This document shows positions 46,240 to 59,635 of a stretch of DNA of 64,000 nt, one piece after another; positions within the stretch are counted from its first letter, which is position 1, and the number at the start of each line of letters is the position of its first letter. Location: assembly GCF_009914755.1 (NCBI RefSeq), contig NC_060929.1; one strand, given 5' to 3'. The translations under genes were made by a program, and so were the position numbers. The stretch comes from the human T2T-CHM13v2.0 reference genome, Homo sapiens. The notes beneath the pieces were generated by a model that was not told the DNA's origin, searched no databases, and was given only the letters and a program-made list of their open reading frames with translations.

Positions 46240-46915
46240 AACGTGTCTTTGACTGTTCTTTGCCACCTATACCTCAGTTCCCAAATCTCATATCCTCTCA
46301 GCACCCCTGTTGCCACCACCTGGATCCATGACAATATCCTCTATTGCTTTGGATAAAGGCAATTGCCTCCTAACTTGTTCCCACCTTCTGCTCTTCAGAT
46401 CTCCCTTCAGGTGCCTCTTGTGTCCTTGTTTAAGTCAGATCATATCACTTCCTGCTCAGAACCTTCCAAAATTCCAAGTCCAGGACCACGACCTACAAGG
46501 CTGGTTCCTCCCCTTGTGATTTTCCTTGTGCTTTTCCATCAACACACAGACAAGCTTTGCCCTTGCTTTTCCCTCAGCCTGGATGCTCTTCTCCCAGACA
46601 TCCTAATGGCTTCACATCTTTAGGTTCTTCCCAAAGTCACCTTCTCAGAGAAGACACTTTCACATTTTACCCCCTCCTCCTAACATCGATATCTCCCATT
46701 CTTGTTTATTTTTTTCTCCTTAGCACACACTACTATCTAACACTTAATCAATTTGACTTCTCTATTATATTTAGCATTTATCTCCCTCACTAGAATCTCA
46801 GCCCCATGAGGGTAGGGGTTTATTTGTTCAATGCTATATTCTCAGGACTTAGAACAGTGTCTGGCACATAGAAGTTGCTCAGTAAATATTTGTGAATTTA
46901 TTGAATAAATGAAAG
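46240..46915 (+). mobile_element. L2 3' fragment
   Basis: aattgcctcctaact...gatcatatcacttcctgctc...agaacagtgtctggcacatag...aaatatttgtgaat. Confidence 0.75.
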
Positions 46916-47027
46916 GGAATTGATGGATATCTCAGGGTGGCTCTGGATCTTCCCTGGTCATGGAACTGGAAGGCTCAAGGGCTGGGAACTTCTGAATTGA
47001 CTGCCTGGCTGTATACTGATTTGTGAT

Positions 47028-49304
47028 TGTATTAGTTTGTTTTCACACTGCTGATAAAGACATACCTGAAACTGGGAACAAAAAGTGGTTTAATTGGACT
47101 TACAGTTCCATATGGCTGGGGAGGCCTCAGAATCATGGTGGGAGGTGAAAGGCACTTCTTACATGGCAGCAGCAAGAGAAAAATGAGGAAGAAGCAAAAG
47201 CAGAAACCCCTGACAAGCCCATCAGATCTTGTGAGACTTATTAAATATCACGAGAATAGCATGGGAAAGACTGGCCCCCATGGTTCAATTACCTCCCCTG
47301 GGTCCCTCCCCACAACACATGGGAATTCTGTGAGATACAATTCAAGTTGAGATTTGGGTAGGGACACAGCGAAACCATATCATTCTGCCCCTGGCCCCTC
47401 CAAATCTCATGTCCTCACATTTCAAAACCAATCACGCCTTCCCAACAGTCCCCCAAAGTCTTAACTCATTTCAGCATTTACCCAAAAGTTCGCAGTCCAA
47501 AGTCTCATATGAGACAATGCAAGTTCCTTCTGCCTATGAACCTATAAAATCAAAAGCCAGCTAATTACTTCCTAGATACAATGGGGGTACAGGTATTGGG
47601 TAAATACAGCCCTTCCAAATGGGAGAAATTGGCCAAAACAAAGGAATTACAGGGCCCATGCACATCCAAAATATAGCATGGCAGTCAAATTTTAAAGCTC
47701 TAAAATAATCTCCTTTGACTCCAGGTCTCACATCCAGGTCATGGTGATGCAAGAGGTGGGTTCCCATGGTCTTGGGCAGCCCTACCTCTGTGGCTTTGCA
47801 GGATACAGCCTCCCTCCTGGTTACTTTCACTGGCTGGCATTGAGTGTCTGCAGGTTTTCTAGGTGCACAGTGCAAGCTGTCAGTGGATCTACCATTCTGG
47901 GTTCTGGAGGATGGTGGCCCTCTTCTCACAGCTCCACTAGGCAGTGCCCCAGTAGGGACTGTGTGTGGAGGCTCCAACCCCACATTTCCCTTCTGCATTG
48001 CCCTAGCAGAGGTTCTCCATGAGGGCCCCACCCCTGCATCAAACTTTTGCCTGGGCATCCAGGTGTTTCTATACATCTTCTGAAATCTAGGCAGAGGTTC
48101 CCCAACCTCAATTCTTGACTTCTGTGCACCCACAGGCTCAACACCACATGGAAGCTGCCAAGACTTGGGGCTTCCACTCTCTGAATCCACAGCTGGAGCT
48201 CTACATTGGCTCCTTTCAGCCATGGCTGGAGTGGCTGGGACACAGGGCACCAAGTCCCTAGGCTGCACACAGCATGGGGACCCTGGGACTGGCCCATGAA
48301 ACCACTTTTTCCTCCTGGGCTCCGGGCCTGTGATGGGAGGGGCTGCTGTGAAGGTCTCTGACATGGCCTAGAGACATTTTCCCCATGGTCTTGGGGATTA
48401 ACATTAGGTTCCTTGCTACTTATGCAAATTTCTGCAGCCGGCTTGAATTTCTTCACAAAAAACGGGTTTTTCTTTTCTACTGCATCATCAGCCTGCAAAT
48501 TTTCTGAACTTTTATGCTCTGTTTCCCTTTTAAAATGGAATGCTCTTAACAGCACCCAAGTCACCTTTTGAATGCTTTGCTACTTAGAAATTTCTTCTGC
48601 CAGATACCCTAAATCATCTCCCTCAAGTTTAAAGTTCCACAAATCTCTAGGGCAGGGGCAAAATGCCACCAGTCTCTTTGCTAAAACATAACAAGAGTCA
48701 CCTTTGCTCCAGTTCCCAATAAGACCCTGAGACCACCTCAGGCTGGACCGTATTGTTCATATCACTACTAGCATTTTTGTTAAAGCCATTCAACAAGTCT
48801 CTAGAAGGTTCCAAACTTTCCCACATTTTCCTGTCTTCCTCTGAGCCTTCCAAACTGTTCCAACCTCTGCCTGTTACCCAGTACCAAAGTTGTTAACACA
48901 TTTTTGGGGATCTTTTCAGCAATGCCCCACTCTACTGGTACCAATTTATTGTATTCATACATTTTCATGCTGCTGATAAAGACATATCTGAAACTGGGAA
49001 CAAAAAGAGGTTTAATTGGACTTACAGTTCTATGTGAATGGGGAGGCCTCAGAATGATGGCAGAAGGTGAAAGGCACTTCTTACATGGAAGCAACAAGAG
49101 AAAAATAAGGAAGAAGCAAAAGTGGAAACCCCTGATAAACCTACCAGATCTCGTGAGACTTAGTCACTATCATGAGAACAGCATGGGAAAGACCGGCCCC
49201 TATGATTCAATTACCTTCCTCTGGGTCCCTCCCACAACACATGGGAATTCTGGTAGATACAATTCAAATTGAGATTTGGGTGGGGACACAGCCAAATCAT
49301 ATCA
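47028..49304 (-). mobile_element. Complete THE1A MaLR element (LTR 47028-47382, internal 47383-48949, LTR 48950-49304)
   Basis: Two ~355-bp direct LTRs with THE1A motif gaaactgggaacaaaaag/aggcacttcttacatgg; ~1.57 kb internal region; TSD gtgat/gtcat. Confidence 0.95.
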
Positions 49305-49325
49305 GTCATTGTGATGCTTCGCCCA

Positions 49326-49704
49326 TATATTAGTCTGTTCTCATGCTGCTAATAAAGATTTACTCAAGACTGGGTAATTTATAAAGGAAAGAGGCTTTAA
49401 GGACTTACAGTTCCACATGGCTGGGGAGGCCTCACAATCATGGTGGAAGGTGAAGGAGGAGCAAAGTCATGTCCTACATGGTGGCAGGCAAGAGAGAGCT
49501 TGTGTAGGAGAACTCCTCTTTATAAAACAATCTGACCTTGTGAGACTTATTCACTATCATGAGAACAGCATGGGAAAAACTGCCCCCATGATTCAATTAC
49601 CTCCCACCAGGTCCTACCATGACACATGGTAATTATGGGAGCTACAATTCAAGATGAGATTTGGGTGGGGACACAGCCAAACCATATACAGCCAAACCAT
49701 ATAA
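49326..49704 (-). mobile_element. THE1C-like solo LTR
   Basis: tattagtctgttctcatgctgctaataaag...ggagctacaattcaagatgagatttgggtgggg. Confidence 0.9.
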
Positions 49705-50145
49705 AGCCATTAAGCAGTTAGTAAGTCCTGGGCAACAAGAATTGCATTTCATTCCAAGCATTGAAATGCAATGTCCTAAGTGAAAGAGGAAGGCTGCTCA
49801 GTGGCCAAAGAATAACCCAAGCAGTGAACGCTTCCTGGTTTGGTGAAGGTGATTAGAAGGTGCTGGAGGTTCTCACTCCATCAGGAAACCATTACAGTTG
49901 GAGACAAAAGGGAATTCAAAGCTTGTAAAACCCTAGCCCTTCCTTTCCTAGATGAGGAAACAAGCCCAGAGACCTGCCCAAGGCCCAGTGCTTTGGAGTC
50001 TCCACTTTGCCTCTTACTAACAGTGTGATCTTGGTAACTACTCAAAGAGAAGTTCTCTAAACTAACTTTTTTCATCTAAAACAAGGATGACATTAATAAT
50101 AGCTACTTCACGTAGTGCTCTCAACATGGATCAGTCATAATTTGT

Positions 50146-50773
50146 TGTCGGAACCAAGGGAAAAGTTCTCCTTTGCCCTCTGAAGGTTTGCTGAAAATCA
50201 ACTTACAAAAGTCAGATTAATTGGAGAAAAGTCATGCAAATTTTATTAACGAGAGCCTTTAGAATGAAAAACCCAGAGATACAGGGGAAATTGTCCATTT
50301 TCATGCTTAGGTTCAATAAACTATGGACAACCATGTAGAAATAGGATTTGACAAAAAGGGTAAGATCTAATGCTAATAGATCAAGTGGAGAAACCCAGAC
50401 AGAAATCTGTCTGTCTAGATTTCTCCTGGCCTCTCTGAGCAGCATTCCTTCCTTTTGGGTGTGGGGCAGGACCCTCTCTGGCATGGGGATCTTATGACCT
50501 ATGGTCAAAGTAGGTCAGATAATTTCTTTATGGCCAGTTTTTACACAGAAAGGTAGAGGGAAAGTTAGAGCAATATTTCTAGGTTTTATAGCTCCACTTT
50601 GGGGAAAAAGGGGTTCTGGTTTCTATGACCTGCCTTGGGAATGAGGGATTCTACTTGCTATGGCTAGCTTTGGGGGAGAATGGGACTGAGCTATAAGAGG
50701 GCAGGACAAGGTCAGAGAGAAACTTTTGCATCTGAGGCCTTCATTTGGGGGCACTGTTTTCTGAGCCCCAGCA
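50146..50773 (-). mobile_element. MER39-like ERV1 solo LTR
   Basis: Reverse complement begins tgctggggctcagaaaacagtgcccccaaatgaaggcctcagatgcaaaagtttctctctgacc; TSD ttgt/ctgt. Confidence 0.82.
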
Positions 50774-53059
50774 CTGTCAGTAACTGGCAGTGAGTACCAG
50801 ATGCAGCTTGTTATAACCCAGCTTCCTCTTTGCTGGAGCTGGGAGATTTTCATCCATGCTAAAATGCTATGAATAACTTAATTCATGGCCCCTAGAACTT
50901 CAGATCTATTTACTTCAAGTTAATTATGTGCTACTGTGCAAAACCACTATCTCATTTTCCCACACTCACTTCACCCAAATTCCTTTTTGTCCTTACACTC
51001 ACCCAATTCACACATTTTATTTATTTTTTTGGTCTGGCTCACCTAGGGTTTTGAGATTCAGACTTCTGCTGGAGCACATTCACACAGCTCTGTGATCAGA
51101 AAGACCTAAGTTCAAAGCCTGGTTCTGCCTTTATAAGTCGGGCAATCTTGGGCAAGTAATTTAGTGTGTCTGAGCCTTGGTACTTAGCCTAGGGCCTAGC
51201 TTATAGCATGTCCTCAGAAAATATTGTTAGTAACCCGAAAAACACTCCATACTGAAAGAGTGGAAGCCCTCTGGTTTTATGGCTACTGCTTTCATCAGTC
51301 TTCTAGAAGCCAACGTTCTATTAATCTTTCTGGTCACAGACTTTCCCATTGTTTTCTTATTTGGGAAGATTGACAGTGCAAGTGCTTTCATCCCAATTCT
51401 ACAGAAGAAGGAAGCAAGCTAGAGAGAGTCAATGCTTGTAAGGTCCTGCAGTCTTAAATCCAGGTTTACTGACTCCTAGCACAGTGCTCTTTCTTACTAG
51501 TACTAATTACTGAGACCCTATGACGTTATTATCCCTAATTTACAGATGAGAAGGTTGGGTTAAGGGTCAGGTGGCTGGATTCAAATATAAGATTTACCAA
51601 AAATGGGGCCTTATAATTTGGAGACTACTGTTTGTCCCCTCTGAGCCTCAGTTTTCTCATCTACAAAGTGGAGGATTTTCACAATGTTGCCTCTAAAGTC
51701 CTTTTTAGCTCTAAAGTCCTTTTTTAGCTCTGAAGTCCTAAAAACCTTTATCTGCCCATCAGACTCATCTCTATTGTCTTCCGAACAGCAAAGCTGAACT
51801 TGAAAAAGTGTCTCCATCAGGGCCCTATGTCCTTAGCACCTCCTTAAAGTCAATGTGTGAAATTGCTTTTACTGCTGAATGGGGAAGTTGGTAATAAAAG
51901 CCAACTCCTTGGGTGCCCTAATTCCACTTTAGGAAGAATGAACATATTGTTTTAATTAATCATACAAAAGCAAAATTAGCATGATTGTGTGATAGGTGTT
52001 GTAAATCATCCCGATCCACATCATTGAGCAAGGAGCATTTAGTTATTCCAGAGTTGTTAAAGATTTTTATCTACCCAAGTGAAAATTCAATTAGTACTAG
52101 CTTCAGCTTATATAAAACTAAGGATTTTCAACTGTGGGAAAATACTCTTTGTGTGTGTGAATACCACCTTATGCCACTTTGATAAATTACTGTAATTAAC
52201 TGTATCCTACGCAAGCTAAACAAAATTTACTGAACTGTTGTAGTATAAAAGGGATATCTTCTCTTCTCTTGTTTGGTAGATTACTCATCTATACATGATA
52301 TTGCCTTGAATATCATGCTTTTTATGCTGAGATCTGAAAATACCTACAGAATTCTGGCTGGGTCCGGTGAGACACGCTTAGTTTTCATCACTTTTCCCCT
52401 TTTCCCCTCTGGGTGTAGGGACATCAGCTATGGGCTTCACTATGATTCAATTAAATGCGCTATGTTTAATTAGCTAGCTGGGGAAACACTGCAAGCAGAA
52501 CCTACTTGGAACATTATAACTTAGCCACAGGGCTGAGTTATTTTGGGAAGGGCAGAGGATGATGGAAGAGGCAAGGAGAAAAAGTCAAGGAGACCTTTAC
52601 TTGCAGCTTTCCGGCACGAACTCTGTGCTTCAGCCCCATGTCCCTCCTTTTCTTGTGTACCTGGCTCTGCCTGCCTCTCCTCTCTCACCCAAATCTTACC
52701 TGTACTTCAAGGCCTACCCCTTCCTTTTTTCAGAAGCCTTCCAAAGAGACTTATAGGTATGTTTGCTGGGTGTGCCAAGTGTTCTCCTCTGATCCATCAA
52801 CCTATCTCGTTATGGGTTCTCTGACCTTTTCTCCTTTGTCATACTCCATGGGGTCTAATTCTCAATGAGGAAACACCACAGACACTGGCAGGATTCCCAG
52901 TGGAATGGTCCAGCTTCATTCTGAACTTCATACCAACTGTGCAACTCTCAACTCTTCAAGGGCAAAACTTTGGGAACAAGGTCACTCTGAGCCAGAGCTT
53001 GTCTAGTGTGTTGTGGTCATTTTGGAAGGATTTTTCAAGTAATTTTTAGTAGCACCAAC

Positions 53060-53300
53060 ACTGCTACCAGTGCATTGAATGCATGCTATGTAGCAAGCTT
53101 GTTGCAAAGAACCTTGTAGGTATTATCTTCTTTAATTCTCTTACAGGTTCCTATGAGATGGGTGTTATCATCTCTAATTTACAGATGAGAAAACAGGCTC
53201 AGGGAGGTAATTAAACTTGCTCGATCTCACATACCTAGTTAGAAACGATATTTGAAGCCATGCTCCATCTGTCACTAAAGGTTATTCTTAGCCTCTGTGC
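53060..53300 (-). mobile_element. MIR
   Basis: ctaatttacagatgagaaaacaggctcagggagg. Confidence 0.7.
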
Positions 53301-53529
53301 AAAACTGCTTCTTATGCTAATAATTGTGAAAATACCAAAGTATTCAAATGATTTACTCACCTTCTGGCTTATTTGTGCTGTAGGGTGCTTACCTGGCTAG
53401 GTGAGAAAGTCATGCTGTCTTGTGGGCAGGAACTGTGTGGTTTTCCATGAAGGTGTATTGTACACATGAGTGTCAACCATTTGTGCCATGGGGGAAGTTT
53501 AAGAACTATTGAGCCATCCCGTTGGGCTT

Positions 53530-53858
53530 TGTATTAGTCAGGGTTCTCCAGAGGGACAGAACCAATAGGATATATGTATATATAAAATGGAGTTTATTAG
53601 GGAGAATTGGCTTCCATGATTACATGGTGAAGTTCCACGATAGGCCATCTGCAAGCTGGGGAAAGAGAGAAACTGGTAGTGGCTCAGCCCAAGTCCACAA
53701 ACCTCGAAACCAGGGAAGCTGACAGTGCAGCCTTCGATCTGAGGTTTGAAGGCCCAAGAACCCGTGGGAGAACCACTGGTGCAAGTCCCAGAGCCAAAGA
53801 ACTTCCAAATCTGATGCCCAAGGGCAGGAGGAGAAGAAGCAAGGCATCCAGCAAGGGA

Positions 53859-53890
<32 letters not shown>

Positions 53891-54129
53891 GAAAAAAAAC
53901 CCCACAAGCTGCTTTTACCCCTTCTTCTGCCTGCTTTGTTCTAGCCATGCTGGCAGCCGATTGGGTGGTGCCCACCCACATTGAGGGTAGATCTTTGTCT
54001 ACCAGTCCACTGACTCAAATGTCAATCTCCTTTGGCCACACACTCACAGACACACCCAGCAACAGTACTTCACTGGCCATTTGGGCATCCCTCAATCCAG
54101 CCACGTTGATACCTAATATTAACATCACA
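53530..54129 (-). mobile_element. MLT2A2-like HERVL solo LTR
   Basis: tgtattagtcagggttctccagagggacagaaccaatagg ... cctaatattaacatcaca; perfect TSD ggctt. Confidence 0.88.
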
Positions 54130-54717
54130 GGCTTTGTGAGAGGCAGTTCAGGTACCTGGGTAGTTTAGCATTTATACTGCTGTATGGTTACAGGAATCTG
54201 TCTCTAATGAACTGGCTAAGGAAACTTATGGTGCAATTTTCTTCCCAGCAAGTGTAATTCTAGTCATATGTATCACTGCCTTCATTGATACATCACCAGC
54301 CCCTGCAAGGCGAGAAAAAAGACTAGTGTCAGTTTCGCATTCTGTAATGTGTATATGATAACCAATGACCTCAAAAGAGGAGTTTTGAGGATTGAATGAG
54401 ATTATGAATGTGAAATGGTCTTAAAAAATAGAGAAAAGCTTTGCACTTGTAAGTTGTTACAGAGAAATCTTAACTGGTATAGTGGATATGGGTGTTATTT
54501 GTGACCAGCTGGCAGTCATTCTTTTTTCTAGGAGGTGGCCACCCCTGACTTCTCCTGTAAGGAACCACCTCTTTCTAGGTACTTTAGGTGCAGTCCCATT
54601 CCTGATGGCTAACTACAAGACAAAGTTAAGAGGGGCTCAAAACTCATGCTACATAGAGCTCCCTCTTTACCATGTCCCAGATGGCTCTAGCAATGTGTGA
54701 AAAAGAAGTTAGTTCCA

Positions 54718-55355
54718 CACTTTCACACTGTTGGTGGGACTGTAAACTAGTTCAACCATTGTGGAAGACAGTGTGGTGATTCCTCAAGGATCTAGAACTA
54801 GCAATACCATTTGACCCAGCCATCCCATTACTGGGTATATACCCAAAGGATTATAAATCATGCTGCTATAAAGACACATGCACACGTATGTTTATTGTGG
54901 CACTATCCACAATAGCAAAGACTTGGAACCAATCCAAATGCCCATCAACGACAGACTGGATTAAGAAAATGTGGCATATATACACCATGGAATACTGTGC
55001 AGCCATAAAAAAGGATGGGTTCATGTCCTTTGTAGGGACATGGATGAAGCTGGAAACCATCATTCTCAGCAAACTATTGCAAGGACAGAAAACCAAACAC
55101 CGCATGTTCTCACTCATAGATGGGAATTGAACAATGAGGACACTTGGACACAGGAAGGGGAACATCACACACCGGGGCCTGTTGTGGGGTGGGGGGAGGG
55201 GGGAGGGATAGCATTAGGAGATATACCTAATGTAAATGATGAGTTAATGGGTGCAGCACACCAATATGGCACATGTATAAATATGTAACAAACCTGCACG
55301 TTGTGCACATGTACCCTAGAACTTAAAGTATAATAATAATTTAAAAAAATAAATA
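54718..55355 (+). mobile_element. L1PA4/5-like 5'-truncated LINE-1 (~640 bp)
   Basis: ORF2 C-terminus ([22 protein letters not shown]), G-rich 3' UTR, A-tail; perfect 18-bp TSD aaaaagaagttagttcca. Confidence 0.95.
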
Positions 55356-56008
55356 AAAAAGAAGTTAGTTCCAAATACACCTGTGAGCAAATGTTGTACT
55401 TCCTTTCTGAGCAATTCAACAGTATGCCCTGTTTAGTGATGAAAAACACATTATAATTGCTGAACAAACAGTATTATAGCAACAGGAGCAGAAACAAAAG
55501 AGAAAAAAACCAAAAACACCTACAGTCCCACCACCCTAGCAAATCATTTGACTATTTCCAAATTTACTTCTAGTTTCTGGCCATCTGGCCTCATATTTTT
55601 ACATAGTTGCAAATCAAGTGTAAATAGCATTTTCTAACCTAATCATATATCCTAAATATTTTCCTATGCTACTATAGTCTTTTCAGTGATAATTTTGAAT
55701 GGCTCTAGAGCATTTTCCTTTTGTTGGGTCTTTGTGTTATTTTCAATAGTCTGCTGTCATAAATTAATGTATTCATGTGCTTAACAAATATTTATTGAAC
55801 CATTGTCATGGGCTGGGCATGCACTGTGCTGGGCAGTGGGGATGGTGAGGGAGGGAAACGTGGTCCTTGATCAGGTGAAGCAGACAGGCAAGTGATTAGA
55901 ATGAATGGAAAGACATAATACATGCTATAAAGAAATCAGATACAGTTGAGAATGAGAACATTCATTTTAGGTACGATGGACAAGAAAAGAAAAACTTCTC
56001 TTAGAAGG

Positions 56009-56371
56009 TGTCTTAGTCTGTTCAGCCTGCTACAGAAAAACTACCTTAGGCTGTGTAATTTATAAACAACAGAGATTTATTGCTCACATTCAGGAGGCTG
56101 GGGAGTCCAGGATCAAGGCGCCAGCAGACTTGGAGTCTGGTGAGGGCTTGCCCTCTGTTTTAAAGGTGACTTCTTCCTGCATCTTCCCATGGCAGAAGAG
56201 GCACGGGAGCTTGCTTGAGGCTCTTTTATAAGGGCACTGATCCTATTCATGAGGGTGCAGCCCTCATTACTTAATCACTTCCCAAAGCTCCCACATCTTA
56301 ATACTATTCACATTGGTATTAGGTTCCAACACAGGAAATTTGGAGGGGACACCAACATTCAGATCATAGCA
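56009..56371 (-). mobile_element. MSTC/D-like MaLR solo LTR inserted in an L2
   Basis: tgtcttagtctg...aacattcagatcatagca; perfect TSD gaagg. Confidence 0.88.
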
Positions 56372-57476
56372 GAAGGCAACGCTTAAACTGAGAACTCAAA
56401 GGAAAGAAGCATCTAGACATGATAAATATTGGGAGGGAAAAGTATTCCGGGCAGAGGAAAGAAGCTGTGAGGCAGGAAAGAACTTGTGTGTTAAGGGAAC
56501 TAATAGGGAACTAGTTGGAGAGTGGCTCTGAGTGAATTCAGAGAGTCAGGGGCCAGATTTTGCAGGTCTTTAGAGATGATTGACAGGAAATCTGTATCAA
56601 TAGATTCTAATGAAACCTTTCTCATTAGAATAATACTTAGAAGTCTTCATAGTGTGTTCATATCCTTGTGTTGTAATGATGCTAACCCCATTAGTTATCT
56701 CCAATTTATACATAAGAAAACTGAGGCTGAGAGAGGTTAAATAACATCTCTGAAATTCCACCACAAATCAACATCTGGCTAAAGAATGGAGACCAATGTC
56801 TATACTACACCATTGCTCTCTTTGACATTTTGTTGCATGATTCCCCAAATGAAACTCTGGATGTTTTTTTTGGTCTCTGTCCAGGTGGTTTATATTTACA
56901 CACTATGCAGTGTCCTTCCATAGCCAACTGGCTGTGTTAAGGTTGCAAGGCGAGTGGGGGAGGGAAGAGAGCGGAGTAAACCTAGCTTCATTAAAACTAC
57001 GGGAATTGTTACCCAGTTGTTTTTGGAAATGGCCAAGGGGCAGTATCAAGTGGAGAAACCTAGCAGGATGTATAATTTTCAAACAGAACGCAGCACAGCC
57101 TTGAGGGGCACAGACAAAGAAAAGCCTGAAGGAAGAGGATTTTAAGTGGAAAGAAAGAATTCTGCCAAATGGAAGGACAAGAGAAAGTTGTTTGCCTGTT
57201 TGCAACAGAAAATAAACTTAGGGCTTTATTTCAGGAATGCCAGAGCATTACAGACTCTCCTGGTGGGAAAGGATTTTGGAGTTTGCTGTCTAACTGCACC
57301 CTGTGACAGGGGAATCCTCACCAATTGACTACCAATAAGGCAACTTATTACAACAGCCATTAATTTGGCCAAGAAATATTAATTAAACACCAAATATTAA
57401 TTGGGCAACTACCAGGCACCGGGCTAGGTGCTGGTGCAGTGAGATGATTGAAGTTAACCTGGCCTCTGTCCTGGCA

Positions 57477-58202
57477 TATAATTGCCCCATGGGTTCACCT
57501 TGCCCGCTGCCTAGACAGAGCTGATTTATCAAGACAGGGAATTGCAATAGAGAGAGTTTAATTCACACAGAGCTGGCTATACAGGAGACTAGAGCTTTAT
57601 TATTACTTAAATCAGTCTCCCTGATAATTCCCGGATCAGAGTTTTTAAGGATAATTTGGCGAGTAGGGGCTTGGGAAGTGGGGAGTGCTGATTGGTTGGG
57701 TTGGAGATGAAATCATAGCAGGTGGAGGTGAATACTCCTTGCTGTCTTCTGTCCCTAGGTGGGATCGCAGAACTGGTTGCACCAGATTACTGGCTTGGGT
57801 GGCATCAGCTGGTGCATCAGAATGCAGGGTCTGCAAAATATCTCAAGCACTGATCTTAGGTTTTACAACAGTGATGTTATTCTCAGGAGCAATTTGGGGA
57901 GGTTCAGAGCAGCCAGAGGCTGCATGGTTTCTAAACCATAATTTCTAATCTTGTAGCTAATTTGTTAGTCCTACAAAGGCAGACTGGTCCCAAGGCAAGA
58001 AGGAGGTTTATTTTGGGAAAGGGCTGCTACCATTTTTGTTTCAAAGTTAAACTACAAATTCCTTCTCAAGGTTAGTTCAGCCTATGCCCAGGAATGAATA
58101 AGGACAGCTGAGAGGTTAGAAGCAAGATGGAGTTGGTTGTTAGGTCAGCTCTCTTTCACCGTCATAATTTCCTCAATTATAATTTTTGCAAAAGTGGTTT
58201 CA
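57477..58202 (-). mobile_element. LTR8-family ERV1 solo LTR
   Basis: gggttcaccttgcccgctgcctagacagagctgatttatcaagacaggg; reverse complement start tgaaaccacttttgcaaaaattataa. Confidence 0.85.
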
Positions 58203-58399
58203 GTGGCATCACAGTCTAATGGGGGTTAAAGATAGTAAGAAATTAAATTCATGAATTATAACTTATATTATAAAAGACAAGGGTGCATGAGAGAGAATAA
58301 AGGGATTGAAGGAGGGAACTCAGTTTAGATTTGAGAGTTCAGAAAGGCTTCCCAGAGGAGGTGGCATTTAACCTGAAGACTCATGTGCCCTGGTTGCCT

Positions 58400-58930
58400 C
58401 TCGTTCCCTTTCTTATTACACCATTTTTTGCTTGTTGCACTCTAGCCATGATGGCCTCCTTTCTGTTCTTTGAAAATTCCAGAAATGTTTCTGCCTTAAG
58501 GATTTTCTGCCTGCTATTCCTTCTGCCTGGAATGCTCATCCTGCTTAGAACACTCTGACTAATCAGTCATCCTCTGACTCATTTCCTCACCTCCCTCAAG
58601 TAGCGGCTCATATACCATCTTCTCAGTGAGGCCTACCATCGCCATGCCCACCCTACTTAAAATGGTGACTTGTCTCTGACCACCCCTCATCCCTGCCTTG
58701 GAACTCCTCGTCCTTTCTTTGCTATGCCTTTCTTCCTTCCTCACCATAGCATTTATCATCTAACATATTATCTCATTAATCATGTCACTGTTTATACTGA
58801 TCTCTGGCTGAATTTAAGCTCCATGAGGGCAGGAATTTTTGTCTGTTTTGGTCACTGCTTTATCCCAAGCACCCAGAACAGTGCTGGCATGGAGCAGGCA
58901 CAGAGCAATACATAGTTGTTGAATTAACAC
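58400..58930 (+). mobile_element. L2 3' fragment
   Basis: ccttctgcctggaatgctc...aagctccatgagggcagg...cccagaacagtgctggcat. Confidence 0.75.
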
Positions 58931-59160
58931 ATGCATATAGCCTGTGAAGAGTCAGAAAGAGTGTTTGAAGTAGAGGGATCTGAAGGCATACTGGCCCAGA
59001 GGTAAGAAAGAGCCCAGGATATGCATGAAACAGAAGGAAGGATGAGTGGCCAAGGGGAGCATGATGAGGTTGAAGGGTGGGCAGTAGGCAGATCTTTGGA
59101 CATCTCTGATTCTTAGGACTTTTTCTCCTTACATTGGAAATCTCCTACACAATCAGTCTC

Positions 59161-59537
59161 TGTATTAGTCCATTCTCATACTGCTATGAAGAAATACCCG
59201 AGACTGGGTCATTTATAAAGGAAAGAGATTTAATTGACTCACAGTTCTGCATTGCTGGGGAGGCCTCAGGAAACTTACAATCATGGTAGAAGGCAAAGGA
59301 GAAACAGGTACCTTCTTCACAGGGTGGCAGGACAGAGTGAGTACAAGCAGGGGAAATGCCAGATGCTTATAAAACCATCAGATCCCTTGAGTCTCACTCG
59401 CTGTCATGAGAACAGCATGGGAGAAGCACCCCCATGATCCAATAACCTCCATCTGGTTCCACCCTTGACAGGTGGAGATTATGGGGATTATAATTCAAGG
59501 TGAGATTTGGGTAGGGACACAGAGCCAAACCATATCA
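59161..59537 (-). mobile_element. THE1D solo LTR
   Basis: tgtattagtccattctc...gacacagagccaaaccatatca; TSD (g/a)tctc. Confidence 0.9.
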
Positions 59538-59635
59538 ATCTCCTTGCAGATATTAGTTCTCTACCTGGAAGTGACACCAAGAAATCTTAATTTATGGTGG
59601 CCCACTGGGTATTTGAAGTTGGATATCATAACTAC

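Noticed and set aside
51691-51739. Three ~18-bp tandem copies of ctctaaagtcctttttag
   Set aside because: This is ordinary slippage at a MIR3/L3-like 3' tail with no sign of function.
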